Shown here: positions 17,913 to 26,899 of the stretch, in pieces
Layout: every line of letters begins with the position of its first letter
How positions within the stretch are numbered: the first letter of the stretch is position 1
From: Gemmatimonadota bacterium
GTDB taxonomy: Bacteria > Gemmatimonadota > Gemmatimonadetes > Longimicrobiales > Longimicrobiaceae
Assembly: GCA_040752145.1 (NCBI GenBank)
Contig: JBFMFL010000004.1
Span: 13,031 to 77,030 of the forward strand
Direction of reading: 5' to 3'
Length of the DNA: 64,000 nucleotides
The notes under the pieces: model-generated
The model's input: only the letters and a program-made list of their open reading frames with translations
Told to the model about the DNA's origin: nothing
The model's database searches: none
Translations under genes and position numbers: made by a program

Positions 17913-19264
17913 TGCCCGGATGACAGGGGCCGGCGGGCGGGCACGAGTTGCTGCCCTCCCGCCTCCCTTTCGACGCTGGGTTGTACGGGCCGCCGCATGG
18001 GCCGTTGGCGGGCCTGGAGAAGGAACATGATCCGGTCGTGGATCTCCGGGATGTGGCTGTCCTCCGGTGGCTGTGCGGGCGGGATCGGCGCCTCCAGCGC
18101 GTGAATGGCGGCGATGAACTCGTCCACCCCCTGCACGATTTCTGTCTCGCCCCGCGCCACCGCAATTGCACGCGCTCGCGTCGCAAAACGAAGCCCGACC
18201 TCCCCTTGGGCGAAAAAGCGAGCTCCGTACGCGGCGTGGGCTAGCGCCGCGGCGGCATAGGTGTGCGTACGCTCAACCAAGTTCTCGATGTGCTGCACCG
18301 CCTCTTCGTACAGCTGCTTGAACCCCGCCCCGGCGGCCGCACGGGACAGCGTGCCCCAACTTACAAGTTGAATCTCGAGTCGCTGGATGCTGGGAATGGA
18401 AGCCTGGAGTAGAGACGCGGCCTGCGAGTAGTAGCCCTGCTGGACAAGCAGAAAGCACCAGTCGTGGATGAGACCGGGAATCGCCGAGTGATGGACCGGA
18501 TAGTGTTGCAGTGCGCTCAGCATGTGGGCCTCGGCTTCGGGGTAGCTGCCGAGCATCACAGCGAGGGCATACAGGTCGTGGTGGGTCTCCGCGGCGAGGC
18601 GGTGGCGGCGAGTGGCGGCACAAAGACGCGCCGCCCGATCCAACAACGGGCGCGCATCGTCCAGCCGGCCGTGTTCTCGCAGGATCGTGCCCTTGCCGAG
18701 CAGAGCGCGGATCATCTCGCGCCGGTTCCGGTTCCCATCACGGCCGGCGATCCGGATGCCATAGTCGAACCAGCACTCGGAGCGGTCCGGGTGACCCGCA
18801 ATTCTGGCCATGCGCCCCGCGAAATTTGCACTAGCCGCGATATGTGGAGCGACTCGTACAGCGGCCTCTGAGTACAGAAGCGCGATGCAGCTCAAAGAAT
18901 TCCGGTGGGCCCACCGAGCGATGCGCTGGCAGGCTGCATTCAGGACTTCCGCAGTGGCGCGGTCCGAATCCGTGCGCAGGGCGGAGAGTGCCTGTACCGC
19001 TTCGGCAATGCTTTCACAATGCTCTGCCGCGAATCGGAGCGCATCGGTTCGATTCGGACTTGGTGCAAGTAGCAGCTTGGGCCGCTCCGTGGGGGTGGAC
19101 TCCGCCCAGAGCCGCAGATCGCGCAGCAAGAGCAGCAGGGCGAACAGGATGTGATCATCCCCGAGCGCATCTGCATCCTCGATGAGCTTGTGCTCCGGCA
19201 ACCATCGTGGCGCCGGAGGTAAGCTCCGCGGGCGGGGCTCGCGCTTGTTGGTTGTCTGCCCCAT
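17909..19264 (-). CDS. TPR-like all-helical regulator-type protein (family copy 1; low-GC copy)
   Basis: 451 aa of helical repeats. It shares 'RHRL', 'AAAGAG..(L)YEEA' and overall layout with 36934..38277 and 27452..28441. GC is visibly lower than in neighbouring genes. Confidence 0.65.
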   Translation of the reverse strand: MGQTTNKREPRPRSLPPAPRWLPEHKLIEDADALGDDHILFALLLLLRDLRLWAESTPTERPKLLLAPSPNRTDALRFAAEHCESIAEAVQALSALRTDSDRATAEVLNAACQRIARWAHRNSLSCIALLYSEAAVRVAPHIAASANFAGRMARIAGHPDRSECWFDYGIRIAGRDGNRNRREMIRALLGKGTILREHGRLDDARPLLDRAARLCAATRRHRLAAETHHDLYALAVMLGSYPEAEAHMLSALQHYPVHHSAIPGLIHDWCFLLVQQGYYSQAASLLQASIPSIQRLEIQLVSWGTLSRAAAGAGFKQLYEEAVQHIENLVERTHTYAAAALAHAAYGARFFAQGEVGLRFATRARAIAVARGETEIVQGVDEFIAAIHALEAPIPPAQPPEDSHIPEIHDRIMFLLQARQRPMRRPVQPSVEREAGGQQLVPARRPLSSGH

Positions 19265-19515
19265 CCGAATCTGAGGTGGCGAGTAGCGTGCGTTCGCAGG
19301 GCGCCATTAACGCGGACAAAGTAGACGCTGCCCCGGCGTCCTGCAATGCACCCTCGGTCACCCGCCGGAGACCAGCACCAGTCTCGGCCCTGTCCACCCT
19401 CTGTCGCGCGGCTGCCGTGAAAGCGATTCAGGACGTGGTGGAGGCGGAGGAGGCTCAGGCGTGGGCAGCCCTTGAGGAATGGGCACGCTCGCGCCGCCCT
19501 GGCTGCCGAGCATGC

Positions 19516-19956
19516 TCATGGGCGCCTCCGCCGGTCCTCGATCTCCAGGGCGAGCCACCGCGGCACGTCCTCCCCGGCCTCGTGGTAGAGGTGAGTCAGG
19601 GTCTCGGCAAGCTTCAAGCGGGCGCCGTACCGCGCGCTCGCCGGCAGGTCGTCCATCAGAAGGGCCAGGCACACGGCTTCCACCGGCATCTCCGCGGCCG
19701 GACGGTCCGCGGCCCATTCGCGAATGCGGTCCAGGTTGGCGACTTCGGGCACGCTGCGCATCTCCAGGAATTTTCTCACCACCGAGCGCCCCACGCCGAT
19801 CATCCGCGCGAGCGCCAGCTGCCCCGTGTGCGTGCGCAGCTCCCGCCGGATCACCTGCCGCAGCTCCTCCAGCCCCCACGCATCTGCCACCCGGTTGAAC
19901 CCGCCGGTCCGGCTTGGCGCCACTCCGGTCCGCTGCAAGTAGTCTGTCTGCTGCAT
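19516..19956 (-). CDS. HTH protein (146 aa), left copy of a duplicated family
   Basis: 104 of 146 residues match 39858..40298 in a gap-free alignment by eye. HTH-like core 'GQLALARMIGVGRSVVRKFLE'. Confidence 0.75.
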   Translation of the reverse strand: MQQTDYLQRTGVAPSRTGGFNRVADAWGLEELRQVIRRELRTHTGQLALARMIGVGRSVVRKFLEMRSVPEVANLDRIREWAADRPAAEMPVEAVCLALLMDDLPASARYGARLKLAETLTHLYHEAGEDVPRWLALEIEDRRRRP

Positions 19957-20506
19957 ACGTGCTCCCTGTTGAGGTGTGCCGCGTCACGGAATACGTTGCA
20001 GTCATGGGCGCTCCGGCGATATTGCGGACGGGAGAGGCGGGAAACGTGCGGCGGGCTCCATGGCAGGTCCCTGCGCTCCAATGTGGACAAAATGGACGCC
20101 TGGGTCCTGCCCGATCTCGCAACCCGTGCACGCTCGCCGGCTTCTCGGGAGGTGGAGGCCGTTCTGAGGGACCTGACGTCCGGCCTTCATGTCCGGGGCA
20201 GTGCGGATCGGGCTCTCGAACCGCGTGTTCCAGGTCCCGCGCCTGCGAGGAGGCCGCCTGGCTCCAGGGTAGGTCCCACCGGACGGCAGTATACAGAGTG
20301 GACATCTGGGGCCTGGCGAAGACGGAATTGATCCTGGAGTGACGAAAAGGAGAGGCGCCTGGCGGGGTGAACCTGCCAGCGCCCTCGCAATTCTGGCTCA
20401 CACCGGAACCCGTTCTGAGCTCATCCCGCTGCTCGTGCGGGAATCTGGGTCCCAGGTCCGGACCTGCCTGGCTCCAATCGAGCGCGGAAAGCCGCTGTCG
20501 ACGGAC

Positions 20507-20655
20507 GTCTATCCCCGCTCGCGCGGGGAACACATCTGCTTGTTCGCGAGCCCGAGCTGGCGCTGTGGTCTACCCCCGCTCGCGCCGGGATCACAGGTGG
20601 CCCCCGCCCAAGTTCCCGACCTCGGTGGGGATACCCCGCGCGTGAGGGGATCTAA
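20507..20655 (-). CRISPR. Degenerate orphan CRISPR remnant with type I-E-like repeats
   Basis: R1 is 20507-20533 (GTCTATCCCCGCTCGCGCGGGGAACAC) and R2 is 20568-20594 (GTCTACCCCCGCTCGCGCCGGGATCAC). They share 24/27 positions and start exactly 61 bp apart. A weaker third unit lies at ~20628-20654. The reverse complement of R1 closely matches the canonical I-E repeat core (GTTCCCCGCGC.AGCGGGGATA). No cas genes occur in the window. Confidence 0.4.
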
Positions 20656-20830
20656 GGTCATGCCCCGCTGCTCGCGACGGTTCTCCGGGTGGTGGGGTCG
20701 CGCGCAGTGAAGGGGTAGCGGGAAGGTGCGGGGCGGGGAATGCGAAAGGCCGGCCGGCCCCGTGGGGCTGGCCGGCCTTGCTGCCTGGTGTCGCTGCCGG
20801 GGTGGCGTGGAATCCCGGCGGCCGCGCGGG

Positions 20831-21268
20831 TCAGCGGTGGGAGCGAGCGTCCAGGCGGAACGCGTGCTCGACGAGCTCGCCGATGCGGAACATGACCCGC
20901 GCATCGGCTGCGGCCTCCTCCTCGCCGCGGAAGCCGGAGTAGCCGCCGACCCGGATGCGGACGAGCGGGGCGCCCTGGTCGTCGTTGTATTCCACCGCCA
21001 GCTCGGCGGAGCCCCTCCAGCCGGCGTTCAACGACGTGTTGACGTCGGTGGCCGTCAGCGACATGAACGCGTACGGGCCCCGCACGGTGGACTCGCGCAT
21101 CCGGTCCGGGTCGAGGCGGCGGAGGTTCCTGGTCGCCAGCAGCTCGTCGGTGAGGCGGGATGCCACCCGCTGCGCGGTCGTCCCGGGGGGGAGGAGCTGC
21201 ACCTGGGTCTCCAGGTCCTGCCGGACGTGCGTGGGCGGGATGGGCTTTTCCTCGGGCTCGCTCATCAT
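20831..21268 (-). CDS. Hypothetical protein (145 aa); last gene of the long minus-strand gene run
   Basis: 'MMSEPEEKPIPPTHVRQDLETQVQLLPPG...'. Its ATG overlaps the stop of the upstream gene (ATGA at 21265-21268). Confidence 0.6.
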   Translation of the reverse strand: MMSEPEEKPIPPTHVRQDLETQVQLLPPGTTAQRVASRLTDELLATRNLRRLDPDRMRESTVRGPYAFMSLTATDVNTSLNAGWRGSAELAVEYNDDQGAPLVRIRVGGYSGFRGEEEAAADARVMFRIGELVEHAFRLDARSHR

Positions 21269-22104
21269 TCCGGGGCGGCGGCGCCGGGGGCGGAGCCAGG
21301 GTCCTGGGGGCCCGCCTCGGCGGCCCGCATTTCCAGCAGGCGCGGGCGGAGCGCGCCGTGGAGCGGGGGAAGGCCGGTCGCGGGCGCGAACACGACCAGG
21401 GTGGTGCGCTTGATCCGTCTGCCGCGGGTGTCCGTCGCGAACCACTCCCAGGCCGGCCGCATCTCGCCGCTCTGGTAGTGCTTGCGCATCCGGTGGCGGA
21501 CGCGGTAGCCGTGGGAGAGGGCATAGGCGATCAGCACCTCGTCGCCGGGCCGAGGACGGTTGAACGAGTCGTCGTCGACCTCGATGCCGATGTGCGCCAG
21601 GGCGTCGCGCCACGCGGAGACGGACGCGCGAACCGTCTCGACGTCGCCCTTGCGGGCGTACTCGATTGCGTGCTCCAGCGCGTCGGCCGTGCCGGTGGGG
21701 ATGTTCCACTGTCCCTTGGCTGCGGCCTTGTCCTGCTCGTCCTGGAGGTAGATGAGCAGATTTTCGAGGAGGTCGGCGTCTCCCTCGGGCCGAACGTCCG
21801 GGTCCCACAGGTCGTCCAGAGCGCCGTTGGTCTCGATCACCAGGTGGTCGCGGCGGACGAGATAGTAGGTGCCGCCGCGGACGTGGAGACAGACCGGGCA
21901 GGGGATCCCGGTCTGCCAGCCGATGAACGGGTCGTAGGCGGCGTCGAGGACATCCGGCGCCCTGGTGACCGTCAGCTCGGAGCCGCACTTGCCGCAGGCG
22001 AGCGGGACGGGGGGCGCGGATGGCGGCGACTGCCGGGATGTGGGCATCGTGTGGTCGATGCGGAGCGGGTGAGGGGGGCCGCGGGGGTTCGCAGGAAGGT
22101 GCAT
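21265..22104 (-). CDS. Hypothetical protein with an N-terminal zinc-ribbon
   Basis: 'CGKCG...(27 aa)...CPVC' is followed by an acidic helical region. Start may be ATG 22047 (MPTSRQ). Confidence 0.6.
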   Translation of the reverse strand: MHLPANPRGPPHPLRIDHTMPTSRQSPPSAPPVPLACGKCGSELTVTRAPDVLDAAYDPFIGWQTGIPCPVCLHVRGGTYYLVRRDHLVIETNGALDDLWDPDVRPEGDADLLENLLIYLQDEQDKAAAKGQWNIPTGTADALEHAIEYARKGDVETVRASVSAWRDALAHIGIEVDDDSFNRPRPGDEVLIAYALSHGYRVRHRMRKHYQSGEMRPAWEWFATDTRGRRIKRTTLVVFAPATGLPPLHGALRPRLLEMRAAEAGPQDPGSAPGAAAPE

Positions 22105-22148
22105 GTTGTGGCTGCGCGGGGGCCGCTGTCAACCCGGAGGAACCGGGC

Positions 22149-22772
22149 CTACAGCCCGCCGGCGAGGGAGGCGCTCACGGAGCGGCCGATCTCCCAGCCG
22201 ATGAGGTGGAGGTCGGGGTAGTCGAGCTCCAGGCCCCGGGCCTCCAGGGCGGTGCCGAAGGCTGCGGCCACGTCCATGGGTGGATAGGTGTGCAGCAGCG
22301 CCGCCACGGCCTCGGCCAGCGCCGGATCGGCGTCGGCGCCGGGTGCCGCGGAGGGATCATCTCCGGTGCCGCGGTCGTCCTCGGCGACGGAGCCGGCGTG
22401 CATGCCGTTCTCTTCCGCGATCTCGGCGAAGACCCGGGTACGGCGGGCGAGCATGCGCAGCTGCTGGAGCTTGCCGTCGGGCTCCCACGCCGCGGGGTGC
22501 GTGAGGGCGTGCGCGATGCGCGCGGCGGCCGCGGCCGCGTACCACGCCTGCCTCGCGGCGTCGGCCCCCCGGCCGATCAGGTCCATGTGGTGTGCGACCG
22601 ATTCCTGGCCGACCTCGGTGGCGGCGCGGGGACCGGCGAGGACCCCCCGCGTCGCGCGAAAAAGCCGCAGGATGGCCAGGCGCGCGTGGCGGGTCGTGGT
22701 GCGGGCGTCGTCGTGGGTGCGGCGCGCGAGGTCGGCGACCTCGGCCGGGTCGACTCCGGGGTGCAGTTCCAT
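22149..22772 (-). CDS. Hypothetical helical protein (207 aa)
   Basis: Normal composition and high GC3. No recognised motif. Confidence 0.55.
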   Translation of the reverse strand: MELHPGVDPAEVADLARRTHDDARTTTRHARLAILRLFRATRGVLAGPRAATEVGQESVAHHMDLIGRGADAARQAWYAAAAAARIAHALTHPAAWEPDGKLQQLRMLARRTRVFAEIAEENGMHAGSVAEDDRGTGDDPSAAPGADADPALAEAVAALLHTYPPMDVAAAFGTALEARGLELDYPDLHLIGWEIGRSVSASLAGGL

Positions 22773-22908
22773 TCGATCGAGCGGGGATGGGGTGTCGGAC
22801 CGCCGGCGCGAGCGGATGTCGTGCTTCGCGGCACCGCGCGGAGGCGTAAGCGGGATGGCGGCCGGCGCGGCTGGCCGAGCGCGCCGGACTCGGGAGCGCC
22901 TGGCGGGG

Positions 22909-23031
22909 TCAGCGGGGCGCCGGCGCCCCGCGGAAGGCGCTGGGCGCGCGGGGCTGCGGCTCCGGCATGCCCTCGCCGGAGGCGAGCTCCGCGAGGTAGT
23001 CGTCGTGGCGGTCGGTGTTCGCGTGCATCAT
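22909..23031 (-). CDS. Mini-ORF (40 aa)
   Basis: 'MMHANTDRHDDYLAELASGEGMPEPQPRAPSAFRGAPAPR'. Every codon ends in G/C. Confidence 0.35.
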   Translation of the reverse strand: MMHANTDRHDDYLAELASGEGMPEPQPRAPSAFRGAPAPR

Positions 23032-23083
23032 AGGCCGTCGGGAAGGGGAGGTGGCGCCGCCGGGGGGCGGCGCCGGTGCGGGG

Positions 23084-23659
23084 TCAGCGGCGGGGGAGCA
23101 GCGTGCGGAAGACGGTGCGCAGGTCGTCGTCGATGGCGGGGACGGGGGAGCCCGGGTCGCGCGGGCACGAGACGACCGTCTGGCCGTCGCGGCTCGTCCA
23201 GGTCCAGCAGGGTCCGTGGGTGCCATCCGCCGCCTCCACGGCCTCCACGCGCCAGCCGCGCGTCTGGGCCACCAGCATCAGGTGGGCGTCCTCCAGGGGA
23301 TCGGGCTTCTGGATGTCGGCGAGGATCCGGTTCATGGCATCGGCGGCCGCGGTGAGGTGCTCGGCGATCACCTCGACGGTTGTCGTGACGCGCATGGCGA
23401 TGTCGGGGCCCATGCCGACGTCGAGCTGGGCCCGGATGGCGGAGAGCAGCGCGGTGTGCGCGATGCGGGCGTCGCGATCCGGGGACTGCTCCAGGAGCAG
23501 GGTGCCGACGGCGAGGACCGCGGCGGCGTGGTCCGACAGCGGGTTGCACTCGGCGTCCCAGGTATCGAGCGCGAGCTGTGTGTGGGCCAGGGCGGCGCCG
23601 GAGGCGAGCAGGCGGGCGAGGAGCGCGCCGTGGCGGCCGCGCGGAGTGTAAGGCGGCAA
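23084..23659 (-). CDS. Hypothetical protein (191 aa)
   Basis: Protein-like composition: a helical N-terminal half and a beta-type C-terminal part ('GPCWTWTSRDGQTVVSCPRD'). Confidence 0.55.
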   Translation of the reverse strand: MPPYTPRGRHGALLARLLASGAALAHTQLALDTWDAECNPLSDHAAAVLAVGTLLLEQSPDRDARIAHTALLSAIRAQLDVGMGPDIAMRVTTTVEVIAEHLTAAADAMNRILADIQKPDPLEDAHLMLVAQTRGWRVEAVEAADGTHGPCWTWTSRDGQTVVSCPRDPGSPVPAIDDDLRTVFRTLLPRR

Positions 23660-23684
23660 GGAAGTCTCCAGAGGTACGTGTGGG

Positions 23685-24110
23685 TCAGATGGGGACCGGG
23701 CGGAACTCGAGGCCGGAGACAGCGATCCGGGTCTCCCCGGGGAAGCGATCCGCGAACCAGGCCGGCGGCGCGTCGACGCATACCTCCAGGGCGAGGTAGT
23801 AGATGGTGCAGGCGTCGTTGCCTTCCTCGATGCGGTAGCCGGTGACCACGCCCGGGCCGAAGCCGTTCAGGGTGACGACGACGCGGGCTCCGATCGCCGG
23901 GACGTCGTGGGGCCCGCTCCAGTTGAGCCCGGGGACGGGGCCGCCGCCGCTGTCCCGCATCAGGTGGAGCGGCTGCGGGACCGCGGACAGGCCGGTGGTC
24001 AGGCCCCGGGGAAGGGCGGCGAAGCCGCCGGGCGGGGGGGTGGTCTCCGCGGAGGGCTGGTCGATGCCGGTGGAGCGGGCGGGGGACGCCGGGTCGCCGC
24101 GCCGGGTCAT
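23685..24110 (-). CDS. Hypothetical protein (141 aa)
   Basis: '...GARVVVTLNGFGPGVVTGYRIEEGNDACTIYYLALEV...'. Its ATG overlaps the upstream stop (ATGA at 24107-24110). Confidence 0.55.
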   Translation of the reverse strand: MTRRGDPASPARSTGIDQPSAETTPPPGGFAALPRGLTTGLSAVPQPLHLMRDSGGGPVPGLNWSGPHDVPAIGARVVVTLNGFGPGVVTGYRIEEGNDACTIYYLALEVCVDAPPAWFADRFPGETRIAVSGLEFRPVPI

Positions 24111-24334
24111 CCCGCCAGCTCCGGATCGCCGACCCGGATGGGCAGCGGCTCGTCGAGCGTCAGCACGCCGTAGGGGAGCGTGCCCAGGGTGGGCACCTCC
24201 ACCGGGTCGTCCGTCAGGATCTCGAAACGCCCGTCGGCGCCGAGGGAGACGGTCAGCTGCTGGAGCCCGCCGGTGTTCGCGCGGTCGATCGTGACGGTCT
24301 CGCCGGCGGCGGCGAGGGTAACCTGTATCTTCAT
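24107..24334 (-). CDS. Hypothetical small beta-rich protein (75 aa)
   Basis: 'MKIQVTLAAAGETVTIDRANTGGLQQLTVSLGADGRFEILTDDPVEV...'. ATGA overlaps at both ends. Confidence 0.55.
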   Translation of the reverse strand: MKIQVTLAAAGETVTIDRANTGGLQQLTVSLGADGRFEILTDDPVEVPTLGTLPYGVLTLDEPLPIRVGDPELAG

Positions 24335-24882
24335 CGGCCTGGATGGTGGGAGGGGCGCGGCAACGCGGCCGCGCCGTGCACGCCGGGCGCGTAGCGGAAG
24401 AACTCGGGCGGCGCATGCGCGTCGTACAGCTCCGCCGCGGTCTCGAACGGCAGCCGGCGGAGCGCGGCCAGCATGGCCTGGCGCTGCAGGTGGCCCCGGC
24501 GGGCGACGGCGGCGTCGTCGGAGTAGCTGTAGCTCCAGTCGTGGGTCTGGACGAGGTGGCGTGCCTCCGCCACGGCGGTCGCCGCCGGGTCGGCGGCTCG
24601 GTAGAGCGCCGCGACGGCGGCCAGCGTCTCGCGGTCCCCGGGCGCGGCTTCGGCCTCGCTGGGATGGGTGATGCGCGCGGACCCGGCGGGCGTCCGGAGC
24701 CGGAGGACTCCGGGGAGGAGAGCGGTTATCTCCACGGCCCCGCCCGTGGCGAGGGTGCCGGTCCACGCCGGTCCGGGGGAGAGGGTGAAGTCGACCGAAG
24801 CCAGCAGCTCGGCGGCGGCAGGGTCGACGAAGGGACGGGGGGACGCGAGTGTGGCGGCGAGGACGGCGGCGAAGCTGGCCAT
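24331..24882 (-). CDS. Hypothetical protein (183 aa)
   Basis: Protein-like composition. No recognised motif. Confidence 0.55.
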   Translation of the reverse strand: MASFAAVLAATLASPRPFVDPAAAELLASVDFTLSPGPAWTGTLATGGAVEITALLPGVLRLRTPAGSARITHPSEAEAAPGDRETLAAVAALYRAADPAATAVAEARHLVQTHDWSYSYSDDAAVARRGHLQRQAMLAALRRLPFETAAELYDAHAPPEFFRYAPGVHGAAALPRPSHHPGR

Positions 24883-24940
24883 CGGGGCGAGCGGCGGCTG
24901 GGGCGCCGGGGGGCGCGGTGGTGGTGGTGACCGAGGCGGC

Positions 24941-26218
24941 TCAGGCGAGGGCGAGCTCGATCTGGCGGGGTGGAGCGCCGCGGAGCATGTCGGGCAGGTA
25001 GAGGCGGAGGTCCTGCACGTCGCAGAACTCGAAGGCGGAGCCGCGCAGGTACGTCAGGGCCAGCTCTCCGGCCAGCCACCGGCGGCCGGCCCGCTCGGCC
25101 GCGCGCGCGGTCTTGCCGCTCCCGCTCGCCGGGTCCACGACCAGGTCGCCCGCGTCGGTGAGGAACTCGATGAACCAGGCGGGCAGGGCCTCAGGGAAAC
25201 GGGCGGGATGGGCCGGGATCCCCGCGGCCCGGCAGGCGCGGAGGTAGTACGAGCCGCTGTCGGTGTTGGGGATGTCGAGGAGCGTGCCCGGGATGCTCCC
25301 GCGGTTGCGGCGGGCGAAGGCGCCCGCGGCGAGGCGGTGGCCGCTGGGTCGCACGCCGGCGCGGTCGCCGCCGGAGGCGATGCGTCGCTCCATCGCGGGC
25401 GAGTACGGGCGCAGGACCCTGGTGTTCGATGCCTTCGGGTGCGGCGTCTTCGAGAACCAGAGGCACGGCTCCACCGTCGGCGTGACGCGCTCGCGGCGCA
25501 CGCACACCCACTCGGCCGGGCCGGGGAGCTTCGCCCGGTTGTGCCAGTAGAAGGTCTGGCACTTGAAGAACCCCAGCTCGTCCGCCAGGGCGACCGCGAG
25601 CCGCTCGATGTACAGCGACTGCGCCGGGATCCCCTCCCGCCAGACCTCGCCCAGGTCCAGGACCATGCTTCCGTCCTCCGTGAGCTTGGGCTTCCATGCC
25701 TCCGCGAACCCCAGCGCCCAGCGCACGTGCTCCTTCTCCGGGTGCTGGTTGGCGTAGGGCTTACGGGTCAGCAGGGGGTACGGAAGGGACGTGAAGAGCA
25801 GGTTGACGGAGTCGTCGAGGACGACGCCGGCGGTGTCGTGCAGGTCGCCCCAGAGCATCGTGCCGAGGGCCGTCTCGAAGACGACGCAGACGCACCCGCG
25901 CGGCGCCGGCTGGAGGGCGTCGGCTCCCTGCTCGGTGAGTGCCCACACGCCGTCCTGCGGGCCTCGCACGTACCCGCGGAGCTTCGCCTTCTGCTGGGCC
26001 CACCGGACCCGGTGGGCGAAGTCGTTGACCCGGCGGGTGCCGCCGATCGGCACGGTGGCGGCGCGCTCGGCCGGCGAGAGGTCGAAGCGCTCCGCGAGCG
26101 CGTCGTAGGCGTCCGGGGTCCGGAGGGCGCCGCCGGCGGCCCGGATCTCCTCCAGGAGCGGCAGGACCAGCGCGCCCTGCGAAGGCAGCGAGGACACCGT
26201 CAGAGGCGGAGCTGCCAC
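24941..26218 (-). CDS. Beta-class N4/N6 DNA methyltransferase with an N-terminal Mrr_N-like winged-helix domain; no adjacent endonuclease
   Basis: Motif IV variant 'LLFTSLPYPLL' precedes the SAM motif I 'LVVDPASGSGKTARAAERAGRRW' and 'HPARFPEALPAWFIEF'. This is the PF01555-type order. The N-terminus 'LVLPLLEEIRAAGGALRTPDAYDALAERFDLSPAE...RVRWAQQKAKLRGYV...GVWALTEQG' resembles the Mrr N-terminal domain. Confidence 0.75.
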   Translation of the reverse strand: MAAPPLTVSSLPSQGALVLPLLEEIRAAGGALRTPDAYDALAERFDLSPAERAATVPIGGTRRVNDFAHRVRWAQQKAKLRGYVRGPQDGVWALTEQGADALQPAPRGCVCVVFETALGTMLWGDLHDTAGVVLDDSVNLLFTSLPYPLLTRKPYANQHPEKEHVRWALGFAEAWKPKLTEDGSMVLDLGEVWREGIPAQSLYIERLAVALADELGFFKCQTFYWHNRAKLPGPAEWVCVRRERVTPTVEPCLWFSKTPHPKASNTRVLRPYSPAMERRIASGGDRAGVRPSGHRLAAGAFARRNRGSIPGTLLDIPNTDSGSYYLRACRAAGIPAHPARFPEALPAWFIEFLTDAGDLVVDPASGSGKTARAAERAGRRWLAGELALTYLRGSAFEFCDVQDLRLYLPDMLRGAPPRQIELALA

Positions 26219-26589
26219 GCGACGCCGCCGTAGCTCTGGTCCGCGTGCCGGACGGCGCCCTCGCGTGCGTCCTGGAATCCGGTGTAGCCCGTCGTGGCGC
26301 AGGCGTGCTTGCGGCCGGGGCCGGCGATCTCGTGCGCCCAGGCCCCGTGGTAGGCGACCAGCAGCACGGTGCCGTCGTTGCAGCCGATCATCTCGCGCTC
26401 CGGGCTGGCGGCGGCGGCGAGCGCGTCCTGGACGTGGGCGGTGAGCTTGCCGAGCAGGTCGGCGCGGATGCGGGCCGGCGACGTGGCGCGGGTGGAAACG
26501 CTGGGGATCCCCTCGACGTGGGCGGGCTGGCCGTCCGCGGCCGGGACCACTCTGAAGCGGAGGGAGATCGTGGCGGCGCGGGTGCTCAT
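26200..26589 (-). CDS. Hypothetical protein (129 aa)
   Basis: 'MSTRAATISLRFRVVPAADGQPAHVEGIPSVS...'. Normal composition. Overlaps the MTase start by 19 nt. Confidence 0.5.
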   Translation of the reverse strand: MSTRAATISLRFRVVPAADGQPAHVEGIPSVSTRATSPARIRADLLGKLTAHVQDALAAAASPEREMIGCNDGTVLLVAYHGAWAHEIAGPGRKHACATTGYTGFQDAREGAVRHADQSYGGVAWQLRL

Positions 26590-26609
26590 CGGCGGTGGCT
26601 CGCGTCGGG

Positions 26610-26855
26610 TCAGATGGAGGGGATGCGATCGCGAGGGAAGGCGCGACGCTTCTTCGTGCGGATCCGCTTCAGGAGGCGGCGCTGCCTGGGGGTGAAGCGT
26701 GGGCGATCCGGATCTCCCCAGGAGCCGATGGCGGCTCCCTGCGCTGCCCATTCGAGCGCCGCGGCTTCCATGCGCACGCGGACGTGGTGGGGATGGGTGC
26801 GGCGCAGATTGCGGGTGCCGCGATCCGTGCCCTTCGAGGATGCGGTACGCTGCAT
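26610..26855 (-). CDS. Small basic protein (81 aa)
   Basis: '...WGDPDRPRFTPRQRRLLKRIRTKKRRAFPRDRIPSI'. GC3 bias is moderate. Confidence 0.35.
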   Translation of the reverse strand: MQRTASSKGTDRGTRNLRRTHPHHVRVRMEAAALEWAAQGAAIGSWGDPDRPRFTPRQRRLLKRIRTKKRRAFPRDRIPSI

Positions 26856-26899
26856 CGTTCCGGGGTGGTGGCGGGGGGAAGGGGTGCATCCAGCAGCAG

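Noticed and set aside
20421-20685. Two additional CRISPR-like units (20421-20446 and 20659-20685)
   Set aside because: They resemble each other and loosely resemble the repeat, but they are out of phase with the 61-bp period. They were not counted as repeats.
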